A stretch of 63,994 bases of DNA, counting the filler, from Octopus bimaculoides (lineage: Eukaryota), in NCBI RefSeq assembly GCF_001194135.2. It is 4 parts of 4 records of this genome, joined end to end, with 100 filler letters (N's around TTAATTAATTAA, not from the genome) between each part and the next. Parts side by side here need not be neighbours in the genome. Positions count along the whole stretch, not along the records: positions 33,281 to 62,830 come from NC_068990.1; 3 more parts are not named here. The stretch is one strand, 5' to 3'. The notes under the pieces are model-generated. The model searched no databases. It was given only the letters and a program-made list of their open reading frames with translations, and was not told where the DNA came from. Every line of letters begins with the position of its first letter. Positions within the stretch are counted from its first letter, which is position 1. Position numbers and translations under genes: made by a program. This document shows positions 49,676 to 62,930 of the stretch, one piece after another.

Positions 49676-50637
49676 CTGTAATGATAAATACATGTTCTTC
49701 AAATGGATCTTTTATCTAGCCGGAGCAGACAAATGCATTAGCTATTCATCTGCTATTTTTCTTCACTGTTTTCTATGTTTTGTGATTTTGTTTAACTAGA
49801 TTTATTCGACGTGTGTTCTTAGTTTTTAACCATCAAATTTACAAGTCTTTGGTCGACCTGATACTGCAGCACACAATAATTATCGACTGTCCGTACTCTG
49901 GTATCGAACTTTCGAAATGAAATTCTTGCCTAAAAATACGGTGTAATAGATATGTCACACCTGAAAAGTAAGACTACCAATATCATTGTTCAGCGAATAT
50001 TGCTGAACCTGATAATTTCAATCATAAATACATTAAAGTTTTTTTTTTCTCTGATGTGTAATTACTAAGAGTGTAATATATTTGCGTTGAAATCAATAGA
50101 ATATAGTTATCTTGAACTACATGCTAAAATTTTTATTTGGGAACATCGCTTGTATCGGTTTAATGATTCTCTTTCAATGTAATTCATTTCCAGTTTCATC
50201 CATTCTCCAATTTGTTATCACAACTTGATATGATCTCAGATTCATCAGCAGCTACAATCAAAGGAAAAAATATGTTTTATGTGGTTTCTACGATACTAAA
50301 TTGAAATTACTCACACGGGGTGACCATCAGACCATTAACATTAGATATAATCACTCAACAACACTGCCCCAAAATCAATTCTGGTCTATATCATTCTGTG
50401 ATTTTAAATTGTTTAATAGGCATTAACTATAAAGTACTAAAATTCCTACTATGCATATTTGTTTTACGAAAGTGGTCTTAATATTCTGGTATACATACAT
50501 ACATACATACAAACATACATACCTATGCATATATACACACACGCATATATATATATATATATATATACACATACATATAGATATATACACACATGTAGTT
50601 ATATATATACAAAAATACATATATACATATATACGCT

Positions 50638-50739
<102 letters not shown>

Positions 50740-52899
50740 TATATGTATGTATGTTTATGCGTAAACTAAGACTCCATACAAATTTCATACATCTATATTG
50801 GTAATAAAATCAGAAGTATCACCATGGGCTTTACACATTTTAATCAAGATTTATTGAATCAAGGAAAATCGATCTATTTAGAACAGTCAAGATACATATT
50901 CATTTTGTCATTTATATTGAGTATAGTTTGATGGCAAAATGTTTTGAATATCGTAAAAGTTGATGTATATAGAGCGCAATTTGAAACTAAGTGCTATAAT
51001 ATAATTGTTGGTTCACTTGATTTTAAAGTAAATGATTTTGAGTAGTATTATGGCTGTCTCCGAATAAGAAAGAAAAATATATGGAAAACAAATAACATTA
51101 GAGTTCGCAATGTTTGCAGTGTATTCAATAATTGTAAAAGGAAGATTATGTAGAGGTTGATAATTTATATGTAAGTTTTATACCAAAGCTGTTTTTATTT
51201 TAACTGCATACATAATTAGATAAACAGAGAGTGAGTCAGACAGTCACACAACGAACACACACACATTTTCTCTATTTTCGTTTAGATCTAAAACGTAACC
51301 ACTACTTTGCATCTGTGTGTTCGAGTCACTTTATTTAAAAATCTTTTTTGGTTGAGTGATATTTAAACATAGACTTCATGGGAAACTATCTCTTTCTACA
51401 TCGCCCGAAGAAGTGAGTTGTTACAGAAACTCCTAGATTTCTAGGTAGACAACCATAAGTAAAATCTACGCTTATTTTTTATACGGGTATATTTATTATA
51501 TTTTTGAGGCTGCTTATTTAAGATAGACATTAGTCACCGATTCCAGACAATTTTTAACAAGTTACAGAAAACTGTTAATTAAACACATTAAGATGTCATT
51601 ATGGACATGTGATGTGTGTTAAGTTAGCTTACAAACACACATGCACACACACGCGTGCACATAGACACACACGCGCACACATATACATACATATAATTTA
51701 TGTGATTCATTGATAAGCCTAACTGACATTACTCCTATTAAGCCACCTTTAACCAGAATAAGGAACAGAAGAATTGATAACTCAGAACAAGTTGTATTAA
51801 AACGGATACCGAATAACGAAGCAACCCTCTGCATTATGGTATTCAGCCCCGGCATAGAATTTAATGGTGTGCAATGCAAAATTGTGGGATGATATAGGAA
51901 CACAATCGATCAAGTGCAGAAAAGAAATGAAAGCTCACCAAACTGGAGTCTGAATGCAGGTTTCGTCCCTTTTTCGTTTATTTGTCTCGGAATAAGAGAG
52001 TGAGTCCATAATAATGTCAGAGGTTTTAAAATTGGAGATAATAATGTCATTTTTCATTTATTTTCGCTAAAACAATTGTGAGGTAACGATTCTAGGGAAA
52101 GCATGTATACGAATGGACTTCCATTGACCCGGTGTTCAAATCGTTGGGGTTGATTTGTAACCTGGCAATAGGACACAATAAATAGGAGATGAAGAAAAAC
52201 ACAGTCTTGAGTGCTTCTAAGAATATAGCAGGATGTCAGCCAGTTCTGATAAGCACTAAAAATTATAGCAGTGATATAAGAGGTATACTGAGAAGACAGT
52301 ACATCTGTGAGCAATATATTTTGATTTGTGTTTTTGATTTACTTCATATCAGTCGTCTTAATGAGGAAATTTCCCTTTTTTCATGGTGCACTAAAGAATA
52401 TCACCCTCTGCAGCATCAGTAATTACCATGATATAGAAGTAGTACTCATTGCAAGTCTCAACTGGGCTTTGTTGTGAGCTGTTAGCAGTAAGCTACTGAA
52501 ATAATTTTTGACCGCAAGAGAGTGGTTAATGTGTGAGATAAGAAAAAAAAGGTATTTTTAAATTTCAAGAATGTGATTTCCTCCATGAGGATGAGATATT
52601 GCATTTAAAGCTCCGTCGAAGGACCTATTTGAATGTTGATCATGATAAAAATGTGGATAGTTTCTAAGTACGTGAAATAAATGCGTTCCTTTGATGAAGA
52701 AAACAGGTTTAACATGATCCCGTTGGAAGAAGTTCATCGCGTCTTTGTTTTTTTTTTTGTAGGATCATTGAAAATTAGATATATAGTGCCAAGGAAACAT
52801 GCTGATGATGCGTGGTTACGTGAACTTGCACAGATAAAATTGTGAATGATATTCATCAATTTGGTACTGTCCTTAATAATCTAGCAACAGGAACCAACC

Positions 52900-53300
52900 A
52901 CTGAACCACAGCTATCTAAAAGAAAAACTTACAAGAAACAATTGATATACAACAGCAAAATCTTTTGAAACCACAACTCTGGAACAAGCTTCTAAATCAA
53001 CGAAACCATGCATATTGGAAAAGCATTCGATCTAGCAACATGGCCAACACCTACCAAAATTGTCAGAGCAAAGAAAATTCAATACGTGAAACGCTAGTAG
53101 AAACGAGGATACGTGCAAAGTTAGCTTTATGCCGACTGGAAGCTGAACTATCTCTTCTCCAATCGCCAAAAGGACGACAGGATGAGAAAGTCAAAACAAT
53201 TGATGCAGTCATCTATGCTGAAATCGCCGAACGAAGTGACAACCAAAGTCATAAAAAATTACAACTACGGAAAGAAGACACTAAGCGGGAATAAGAAAAT
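52900..53300 (+). mobile_element. Probable fragment of the N-terminal ORF region of a Penelope-like/GIY-YIG retroelement
   Basis: ORF 52965-53294 WNKLLNQRNHAYWKSIRS..RLEAELSLL..KTID resembles, from memory only, N-terminal regions of invertebrate PLE ORFs; no splice signals. Confidence 0.4.
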
Positions 53301-55086
53301 CGATAAAAATGTGGGGAAAACAAGAGTGATTATAAAAAATCATCTAAAATTCTGACTCTCGCCTTTTTCTTAATATATATATANNNNNNNNNNAGAGAGA
53401 GAGAGGGGGAGATGTAGAAGAAACTTGAATAATATCAGTCACTTGTGTTTTAAACCCTGTCAATTTAGAATGCAGCTGAGAGCTGGGTGGTGGGGTGTGA
53501 TTATGTAAAGGACATAGGAAGTGTAGGCTATGTTGCGCATGTGTACTGTGCTCCACCGATCTTTAGATTTACAATCTTTATAGAAAACACACAAACTGTA
53601 TAGCTAAAACATATTTGGTAAAAACAACAACCAATAAGAGCCAAGGAGGAACATAAAAGCAGTTGCTCGACGTGTTAGAAATAGAACCAAGTTCTCTCTT
53701 CAAGTTTATAGCATTACATTAGAAAAAATAGACGATACGTTGCTTTTCAATGTTCTAAATTTACTATGACCAAGCAAAAAATATGATGGTCACGGCTGGA
53801 AAGCCTTTCCTTATAAACCTGCTCGATTTGTGGGCGTTGGGAGCTAAGTAATATCAAGAGAAAAAGACAAAATCATAATAATGATAATTTCATTGTTTGC
53901 CATGTATTCCATTAAATATCGTTTACTAATTTCAGATTGTTTGACAACAATAATAATAATAATATATCTGCATTAATTATCCCCTTGTGGTATGTCAAGA
54001 AAGAGCAGTGCCTCTGTGGAATTAAACTGATGGTTACTTTAAGGGAATCTGATTAACCAGTTCTATATATAACGATCTAAATTAGACATATGCTATATCA
54101 TACAACTGTCTAATATAATAATTTCCTCATTCATTTTGTTGAAAGAGCTTCAGTGAACAAACGAACCAGAATTGTCAGGAGGATTTAACATATAAAGAAA
54201 CATCACTGTGTGTGATTAACAGACGGAGCGTTCACTCACTCACCCTAAAGTATATATATATATATATATNNNNNNNNNNNNNNNNNNNNNNNNNNNNNNN
54301 NNNNNNNNNNNNNNNNNNNNNNNNNNNNNNNNNNNNNNNNNNNNNNNNNNNNNNNNNNNNTATATATATCATATATATATATGTATGTATGTATCGTCAT
54401 ATGTGTTACAACATAGTTTATATAAATTTATTTGTACACGCACACACACGAACACACAAAATACACACACTCATATACATTCTACTATATCAACTACACA
54501 TGTGTCCGTGTATGAAAGTGCGCACACGCGTGTGTGGGCAGGTGCAACTTAAATTAAGGTTATTATTTTATTGTAATTTTAAGAATGATAGAACATTTGT
54601 TGATGAGGTGACTTAATATTTAGAGTACAATTAAATTTATTGTAACTTTCAAGTAGTAGGGGCACACAATCTATGCAAATATGTACGTATACAGAGGAGA
54701 CAATGTTGAGATTAAATATTTTGTAACCTACATGTTGCTGCTAGAAAGAATTCGAAGAGAAGGTGTCCCAGAAATGAATTTTTACTGATAAAATAAAGTC
54801 AATGTTTCAATCGTGCAAAGCCTGCACGAACCTGATTAGCAAATAATTCAAACATGGTTTGGCTGGAGGGACAAATTATAAAAACTAACAATAAGGAATC
54901 GGAGTAAATAATGATCTGCGTCCTAAATTAGAAGAGACGTTTAAGTGGAGAATCCGAACTGATATTCAAGCGCTTAAATGGCCCCGGTACTTCCTCCATT
55001 AAGAGGTAAGGTGTATACATAAACTTGAGGGAGCAAAAGCTGCTCCACGAGTGTGATTAGTAGAGGTACGACGTGGCAACAAATTC

Positions 55087-55156
55087 TCAAATCGTTTCTT
55101 GACGCACTTTGACGGCCGCATGCTTTTTCGATTCCAGATAGATTTGTTTTGCTGTT
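55087..55156 (-). CDS. Candidate terminal exon (TAKQIYLESKKHAAVKVRQETI*)
   Basis: TAG acceptor after a 69-nt intron; phase compatible with 55226-55301. Confidence 0.25.
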
Positions 55157-55225
55157 CTATAGTAATTTGCTTAGGTACTTGGTGCAACATGTGAGGTGTA
55201 AACACTATTGAGCTTTTTTGCTTAC

Positions 55226-55301
55226 CTCGACGACGTACAATGACTAATCATGATTGCAATAAATCCTCCGAAAACCGATATCAACGTCAAAGAAATGAGG
55301 C
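55226..55301 (-). CDS. Candidate exon encoding one transmembrane helix (LISLTLISVFGGFIAIMISHCTSS)
   Basis: TACAG|G acceptor, strong GAG|GTAAGC donor, one open frame, GC/CpG above background. Confidence 0.35.
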
Positions 55302-57013
55302 CTGTATGTAGTTATTTTGATAGTGCATGTTCTTGCTTGGTTAGCCTAAACTACGAGCTTTACGCATGCATGCATGATTCGGTTGCTTCTTACTGCAACA
55401 AGAACCGAAAGGGATAATTATGAGCCAAGATCAATATCTGTGTATGTAAGCTATACTGTAATCATTTATTCATAACGTTTCACATGAGTATTTTCCTTAA
55501 TGAGAACAAGAAAGGAGAAACTGAAAAATAGGAGCAAGATTTTTGGTGTGTTAGTAACACTAAAATTCACATTGCTAGAAGACATGGAAATTACGGCAAT
55601 TTTGGTTTCCTTATCTCTAAGTCTGAGACAAGTATAGAACGAAACAATTTATATATTTTCAATATATATATATTTTCAATATATATATATTTTATTACAT
55701 ATGGAAACATATATCAAAATATTGGAAAATTCTGATACAATAGCTGATATATTTGTTTGGAATAAGTGACGGTTGCAGAACAGAAAAAAAAATCGAAATC
55801 ACAAGTACATGTTTAGAGTATACACATTTTTATCGTTTTACTACTCTGAAATTTATTTCTAGCAATTCATGTATTCACTGCAGACATATTGATCAACATA
55901 TAAACATTAAATACATGAATACATGTATAGAGACATTCGTACATTCATACATACATGTGCACACAGGCATGTGCGTAAACACACATACATATATAATATC
56001 TATGAATATATAAACGTGCTGAAACCTATACACACAAGAGCATATGCTTTCAAATGTATCACAAAACATACGTCAATGAAAGAAAAAATGATACTAATGT
56101 AAAGAATTTTTAATCCACCGATTCTCTTTCAGTAAAAATAAAATTTCATTTTATTTCTTTAAATTATAAACCTACACCATCATTGAAAATGTTCCATTGA
56201 ATACGCACCTATCTGAAGGAAGTGAGTACCGTTGTATACATATTGACATTCTATATATANNNNNNNNNNNNNNNNNNNNNNNNNNNNNNNNNNNNNNNNN
56301 NNNNNNNNNNNNNNNNNNNNNNNNNNNNNNNNNNNNNNNNNNNNNNNNNNNNNNNNNNNNNNNNNNNNNNNNNNNNNNNNNNNNNNNNNNNNNNNNNNNN
56401 NNNNNNNNNNNNNNNNNNNNNNNNNNNNNNNNNNNNNNNNNNNNNNNNNNNNNNNNNNNNNNNNNNNNNNNNNNNNNNNNNNNNNNNNNNNNNNNNNNNN
56501 NNNNNNNNNNNNNNNNNNNNNNNNNNNNNNNNNNNNNNNNNNNNNNNNNNNNNNNNNNNNNNNNNNNNNNNNNNNNNNNNNNNNNNNNNNNNNNNNNNNN
56601 NNNNNNNNNNNNNNNNNNNNNNNNNNNNNNNNNNNNNNNNNNNNNNNNNNNNNNNNNNNNNNNNNNNNNNNNNNNNNNNNNNNNNNNNNNNNNNNNNNNN
56701 NNNNNNNNNNNNNNNNNNNNNNNNNNNNNNNNNNNNNNNNNNNNNNNNNNNNNNNNNNNNNNNNNNNNNNNNNNNNNNNNNNNNNNNNNNNNNNNNNNNN
56801 NNNNNNNNNNNNNNNNNNNNNNNNNNNNNNNNNNNNNNNNNNNNNNNNNNNNNNNNNNNNNNNNNNNNNNNNNNNNNNNNNNNNNNNNNNNNNNNNNNNN
56901 NNNNNNNNNNNNNNNNNNNNNNNNNNNNNNNNNNNNNNNNNNNNNNNNNNNNNNNNNNNNNNNNNNNNNNNNNNNNNNNNNNNNNNNNNNNNNNNNNNNN
57001 NNNNNNNNNNNNN

Positions 57014-57050
<37 letters not shown>

Positions 57051-57208
57051 AGCCGCACATTAATATTCACGTAAATACACACACACATACATACATATAC
57101 GTATGTATATATCATGAACATCAGTTTGTGTTTAGATTTTAATTGTTTATTCACGTCTGAACAGTTTGCGAATGCTTTAGTGTGATGTTACAGCTGCACA
57201 AGAAACCA

Positions 57209-57303
57209 TTCTTCTTCTTCTTCTTCTTCTTCTTCTTCTTCTTCTTCTTCTTCTTCTTCTTCTTCTTCTTCTTCTTCTTCTTCTTCTTCTTCTTCTTCTT
57301 CTT

Positions 57304-57385
<82 letters not shown>

Positions 57386-57428
57386 GTAGTAGTAGTAGTA
57401 GTAGTAGCAGCTGCAGTAGCAGCAGCAC
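57209..57428. repeat. (TTC)n-(TTA)n-(GTA)n-(GCA)n compound trinucleotide array
   Basis: Direct reading. Confidence 0.95.
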
Positions 57429-58198
57429 TAGTAGTGTGTTTGAGGTGTTTTTTAAATGTTTTTCTTTTTAATCTTGCGATTTAAAAAAAAATATAAGTTT
57501 TCTTTTATTGTTTCCTCGTCAATTTTTACCTTTATGAAGCTTATGTTTGTCTTTGCAGTTCTTTGTTAATATAACAATAAACTTGGAGTGGTGGCGACGT
57601 TTTAATAGCATTGGAATATCTTGGCGTCATTAAAAGTAAAATTGGGGAGTTTTTAACTGGTCTTTACTAATAGTTACATTATTAGCAACAATACTTAACG
57701 TCCATAATTACAATGAAATAGTCTTCCCGACCATTTTAGTTGAATTTTTTCTATTCATTTTAAAACTTTTCAGAGTACATAGACCCCTTTCTCTGTATCT
57801 CTCTAAATTTCTATCTTATACTAAATCACCTTGCAGCAGAGACATTATGAATGGAAATTCACATGCATAATTATTATATGTTTATTTCCAGTCTATACAT
57901 TTGTAATTTATACCTATATATGATATCAAATGACTTCTTACATAGAAAAATACAAACCTGTTTACCAATGGAAACGCAGATGCTTGTAGACATTTACACA
58001 CATGCGTACGCACATACACTGAAGCAGATTTATAAATATATGCAATATGCCCTGTATAGAACTCAGAGGATCATAGTTCAAAGTAGAAGTCGAGATAAAT
58101 TACGTATATATTTCATATTCAGCTGCTTCTTTTAGTGTTGAGCATTCCTATACCTGTTCAAATAAACCAAACGTTTTGATCCCCAAAATACATTATTA

Positions 58199-58230
<32 letters not shown>

Positions 58231-58611
58231 TTCTCTCTCTCTCACACATACAAACATACACACATGCACACATATGCTCACATATATATGCATATACATA
58301 TACACACACATGCACACATATATATGCAAACGTACATACATAAATGCATGCATACATATATACATGATAACAATCCTTGGATGGAATTTATAAACATATA
58401 AACACACTAATCGACTTATACTTACAAGTCGAAAATATTGATCATATCTAAATTCTATTTATCTATCTATATGCATATATATATNNNNNNNNNNNNNNNN
58501 NNNNNNNNNNNNNNNNNNNNNNNNNNNNNNNNNNNNNNNNNNNNNNNNNNNNNNNNNNNNNNNCAGCAGGATTTATTTACTATAATCATAGAAATAAATA
58601 AATAAAACTCC

Positions 58612-58699
58612 ACTCTTACAGCTGTTTCTACTTCGGGGATCCAGTATACTACAGTTGACATATCATACAAAAATTGAACCTCAAAGCTTCATCAGAGTC
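58612..58699 (-). ncRNA. Type I hammerhead motif with extended stem II loop
   Basis: CT-CTGATGA-AGCTTTGAGG..CCCCGAAGTA-GAAAC-AGCT-GTA|AG; intact core, palindromic ACAGCTGT, weak helix I. Confidence 0.55.
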
Positions 58700-59469
58700 A
58701 GTATCCTTACCAATATGGATTTACTGACACAAAGAGTCACAGTGGGCCTTGATCTTTTTTTATAAGAATGAATTCATATTGTGAATATCTCATTTTGAAA
58801 TTTCGTATTTAGACGGTTATTTTCGTTGATGGAATAAACCAGTTATGATTTACGTTTGGTTAAACAGTAGAATGTTAATTTAATGTTGTTAATTTCGCCT
58901 GTCTGCCAGTTAATATTTTCGCTTTCGAAGAGAATACTTACAGAAATCTAAAATTTAACTCAAATTTGTAGCGATTTATCTTACAAATAAACGTGGAGCA
59001 CGAACTGTTTTGGAACGGCATGATGATTATTTGGAAAAGAATCTCCCCCAGAATGTTTAAAGATATTAATATATGAGCGCTAGGTGTACTCATACTCATG
59101 AGTATATTGAATTTTGGCTTATTGCCCCAGATTTGTAAGTCTAACATTTTTTTCCAAATTCATGGTATTTTAGGTTTAAATCATCACAGTAAAGTCATGT
59201 TTTTGCACGACTATGACCTCCGCATTAAAAGCGGTTGAAGATACGGAAAACTAGCCAGATGAATTTGTGATTTGCTATTTGACATTTCAGTTATGGATGT
59301 ACGTTTATTCTTTAGTAATGTAGTATTTTTAATTGCCTATATACATATATATGAGCACAGGTATATATGCATATACACACACGTGGGTGTTTTTTTGACA
59401 TGCATACGTGTGTATAGTATTTTAACTTACTTCGATGTCATCAGTCTTTCTATTTGTTTGCATTTTTCT

Positions 59470-59897
59470 GGCATACCCCATTGGGCTAAAGAGCCCCTTC
59501 AGTCATGAATGAGCATGGGATTGCACCTAGAGAGTTAACCTCCGAGGCACAAGTCCGGGCAAAGTTGTTTATGGAAAACCAGCAGTTGCCCCTGCAGTTG
59601 CCCCTGCAGTTGCCCCTGCAGATGCCCCTGCAGTTTCCCCTGAAGTTGCCCCTGCAGTTGCCCCTGCAGTTGCCCCTGCATACCAGCCTTCTCTCTCTAT
59701 GCCAACAATGTTATCCAAGGTAAAGACACAGACCGATACAGCTTAGCACCTGTGATGTCGCAACTCATTTATACAGTTGAGTGAACTGGAGCAACGTGAA
59801 ATGAAGTGTCTTCTCCTAGAATATAACACATAGCCCAGGCCGGGAATCGAACACACTATCTCATGATTGTGAGCCCGACACTATAACCACGTATGCT
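59470..59897 (-). mobile_element. tRNA-derived SINE of a third family, with internal minisatellite expansion
   Basis: Minus-strand head GTGGTTATAGTG..GTTCGATTCCCGGCC, then GTTGCTCCAGTTCACTCAACTG domain. Confidence 0.7.
59582..59680. repeat. 12-bp minisatellite (GCAGTTGCCCCT) x8
   Basis: Eight units, three with single substitutions. Confidence 0.95.
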
Positions 59898-60155
59898 AAA
59901 GATATCTGACTAAACTTCGGCATCAACGGTACCTTCATCGTTATCAACATTTTTGCTGCCTCGACATCATCATTGTCATTATCACCGTCGTTCTCTCAGC
60001 ATCGTCGTGTCATTCTACACATCTTGTAGTTGTTTTTCTTTTGTTTCATTTACTTTAAGCTTCTTTGTTTTGTTGCTTTTTCCCTCCCGCTTTCGGACCT
60101 TTGGTTTTAATGATAGGGCTTGTAGTGTTGCTTAATAATATTATAATTATCACCC

Positions 60156-60370
60156 AGGCAGCGAGCAGGCAGAATATTTCGCATGCCAGGCAAAAGACTT
60201 AGCGGCATTCTGTCCGTTTTTACGTTGTGCGATCAAATTCCATCGAGGTCGATTTTGTCTCTCATCCTTTCGAGTTCTATAAAATAAGTTGAGCACTAGA
60301 GGTCGATGAAAACGACTTACTCCCACTCCTGAAATTGATAGCCTTGTGCCAACATTAGAAGCCAATATTA
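60156..60370 (+). mobile_element. Diverged Meta-like-core SINE with variant tail
   Basis: GGCAGCGAGCAGGCAGAAT head, CATCCTTTCGAG core, GCCTTGTGCCAACATTAGAAGCCAAT tail. Confidence 0.65.
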
Positions 60371-60371
60371 T

Positions 60372-60840
60372 CATTATCACTGCTATTGCTATTATGGCTG
60401 GCTGTTTTTGCTGGTAGTGTTTGTAGCAGTAGTGGCCGGGGTAGTTACAGTGGTATTATGTTATTTCTGGTGGTGGTTGTGCTTGTTATTGGTGGAGTTT
60501 CTGTTGATGTCATTCCTGGTCGTCACAGCCGAGGTTGCAACTGCGGCGTTGGTGGTGTTGTTAATAACTGTAGTAACATTGGTGGCGTTATTGAAGCTGT
60601 TGTTTTTTTTTCTTGGCGGCGGTAATAGATGTGGTGGTAGTTGTGCTGTTAATATAATAGCAGTTGTTGTAGTAGTAGTTGTTTTAAACGAGGTGGTGTT
60701 AGTGGTGTAGTGTTGTAATGTTGTTGTGGTCGTTGTTGCTGGTGGTTGCTGTGTTGCTGGTTGTAGGCGTAGTGACGTTGGTGATAGTTGTGATGATGTT
60801 TTCTTGTTGCTGGTTTTTGTGGTAGCTGTGTTGATGTTCT
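60372..60840. repeat. Degenerate GT-rich trinucleotide (GTT/GGT/GCT) low-complexity region
   Basis: Direct reading; yields poly-V/L pseudo-ORFs. Confidence 0.8.
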
Positions 60841-61626
60841 TGGAAAAGGTTTGTCGTGTGAATTACTCTTTATATGTTTTCTGCATTCCGCTGCAATCTT
60901 CATTATTTTAGCACAAAGGAAAACAGAATGCTGAAAGAATCTTTTAAAATATTCATTCATACACTATTTTCTATGTTACATTTTTGTATCATTTTTGCTT
61001 TCACTTCAAGGATTTATTTTCATTTGCTATTGACAAATATACAATGTAATACGCATTAATTTACGTTTTCTTTTTTTTATCCACATCCTTCATGCAAAAT
61101 AAAAGCCATATCTGTAAATTTCTTCTAAAGTCTTTTTGGCATTGCTTCGATAAAATATATTGTTTTCCCGTTGAAATGGGTCTAAAATTTTAATGAAGCT
61201 TACATTTTGTAAATAAAATTAAAAAAAGACAAATAAATAATACATGCAATGCATCTCAGAAAAGTGAAAGATAGGGAAATACATAACAAAAAAAAAATGG
61301 TGCAGAAAGCAATAATAGTGAGAATATTACGAGAAGAAAAAGAAACGAGAAGTGGAAGAGAGAAGAGAGGAATGAAAAGGAGTGATGAAAGGACATAATG
61401 AGGGTGAAAGAGAGGAAAGTTAGAAGAAGAAAAGGAATTAAGCATCAAATTTAGAATATAATTCTTCATCTTTTTGTAAAGAAATATTTCAGAACTTGTT
61501 ATATACGAGTGAGATGTGTAGGCATAAACCACAGATGTGCGTCAAATACACGCACGCACAAGCATAAGAACATACATGTGTGTGTGTATGTGTGTGTGTG
61601 TGTGTCTTTCTGTCTGTCTGGCTGTC

Positions 61627-61662
<36 letters not shown>

Positions 61663-62034
61663 TGCATACAAAGTGAGGCTTAATGGCGTATATACTCCCA
61701 TAATCTCATAATTGCATACATACACATCTCAAAACTGACAAGACATACAGCTTTTACGGCTCTAACCGTCAAGTTTCAAAAATACCTTCAATACTTTTAT
61801 GCACACGAAATCTTTAATCTTTCACTTTCTTTCTTTCCTCCCGCTTTTTCAGAATCAAAAGCTTTCCTGCTGCCTCCGTGTCTGACTCTTATTTATCTTT
61901 GTCTGTTTCTCTTTCTTTCCTTCCCTCCGTGTATCTTTATTCGGTTCCCTATGTTCTGTCTTTATTTCTAGACATTGTATTTCTATTTATAGAAATATGG
62001 TACTCTCTCATTCTCTCTCTCACGCGTGTGCGCG

Positions 62035-62075
<41 letters not shown>

Positions 62076-62468
62076 ACACACAGATACACACATATACACA
62101 TAATGCAGCTGTGAAAAGTAACATGTTCATTCTTAGCAGCTGCCAGCAATTCAAATGCATGTCTAGCATCTCAGACATTACAGTGACCGTTGTAAGCATC
62201 GACATAACTACTCAACAATTCAAGTAATTTTTCGTATAAATATTTCGATTGCTATCTAAAAGAGAGAAACAAACTAAAACCGAAGTGGCTTTCACTTGAT
62301 TGAATCCCAACAATATTTTCCCGACTAAGTATTAAAAGTAACATTATTTGGGGGCAAAACAAAATATAGAACCATACACGTCATTGAGCTTAACGTTATT
62401 TTGGGGAAATTTAATATGTAAAATGCCATGATGAGTGTGCATTTTTTCATTCATTCGCTTTCTCTTAC

Positions 62469-62505
62469 GCTTGAAGGGAAAAACTGTGTCTCTGGTGAAA
62501 GTCAT
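62469..62505 (-). CDS. Candidate start-codon portion (MTFTRDTVFPFK) of an exon spanning 62469-62689
   Basis: Strong acceptor TTTTCTTTTATTTTTCTCGTATGTGTTTCAG, donor C|GTAAGA, phase compatible with 55226-55301. Confidence 0.22.
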
Positions 62506-62830
62506 GTAGAAGAGGGAGAAATGATTCTAAAAGAGGTGAATTTCATAAATTCGTAGAGCGTAAATTGGCCGTTTACGATGGAAACCGTTAGCAGAGCGGC
62601 AATTTCCAATTCACTACTTCACCAGAAGCAATGTTGGAAAGCTCCCGGATGCAGTAAAGTCGGTGCACCAGCGTGGCCTCAGCTTCTGGCTGAAACACAT
62701 ACGAGAAAAATAAAAGAAAATATATTAGTGGTAAAATGATATTCTCGCTTCATCTGAATGTGCAAACGTTCGATGAAATAGGCTCGCTATATATGTATGT
62801 ATAATGTATCTATTTAAGTATATATATATA

Positions 62831-62930
62831 NNNNNNNNNNNNNNNNNNNNNNNNNNNNNNNNNNNNNNNNNNNNTTAATTAATTAANNNNNNNNNNNNNN
62901 NNNNNNNNNNNNNNNNNNNNNNNNNNNNNN
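62831..62930. other. Artificial scaffold-join linker
   Basis: N44-TTAATTAATTAA-N44. Confidence 0.95.

Noticed and set aside
50315-50400. Frame with C-C-TGA suggesting selenocysteine
   Set aside because: No acceptor giving a coherent exon, no SECIS identified, no homology
54932-55005. Plus-strand exon candidate KRRLSGESELIFKRLNGPGTSSIK
   Set aside because: Weak acceptor, no partner exons, adjacent to the better-supported minus-strand model
59582-59680. CRISPR-like regular repeat
   Set aside because: Contiguous 12-mers without unique spacers, in a eukaryotic SINE; no cas genes
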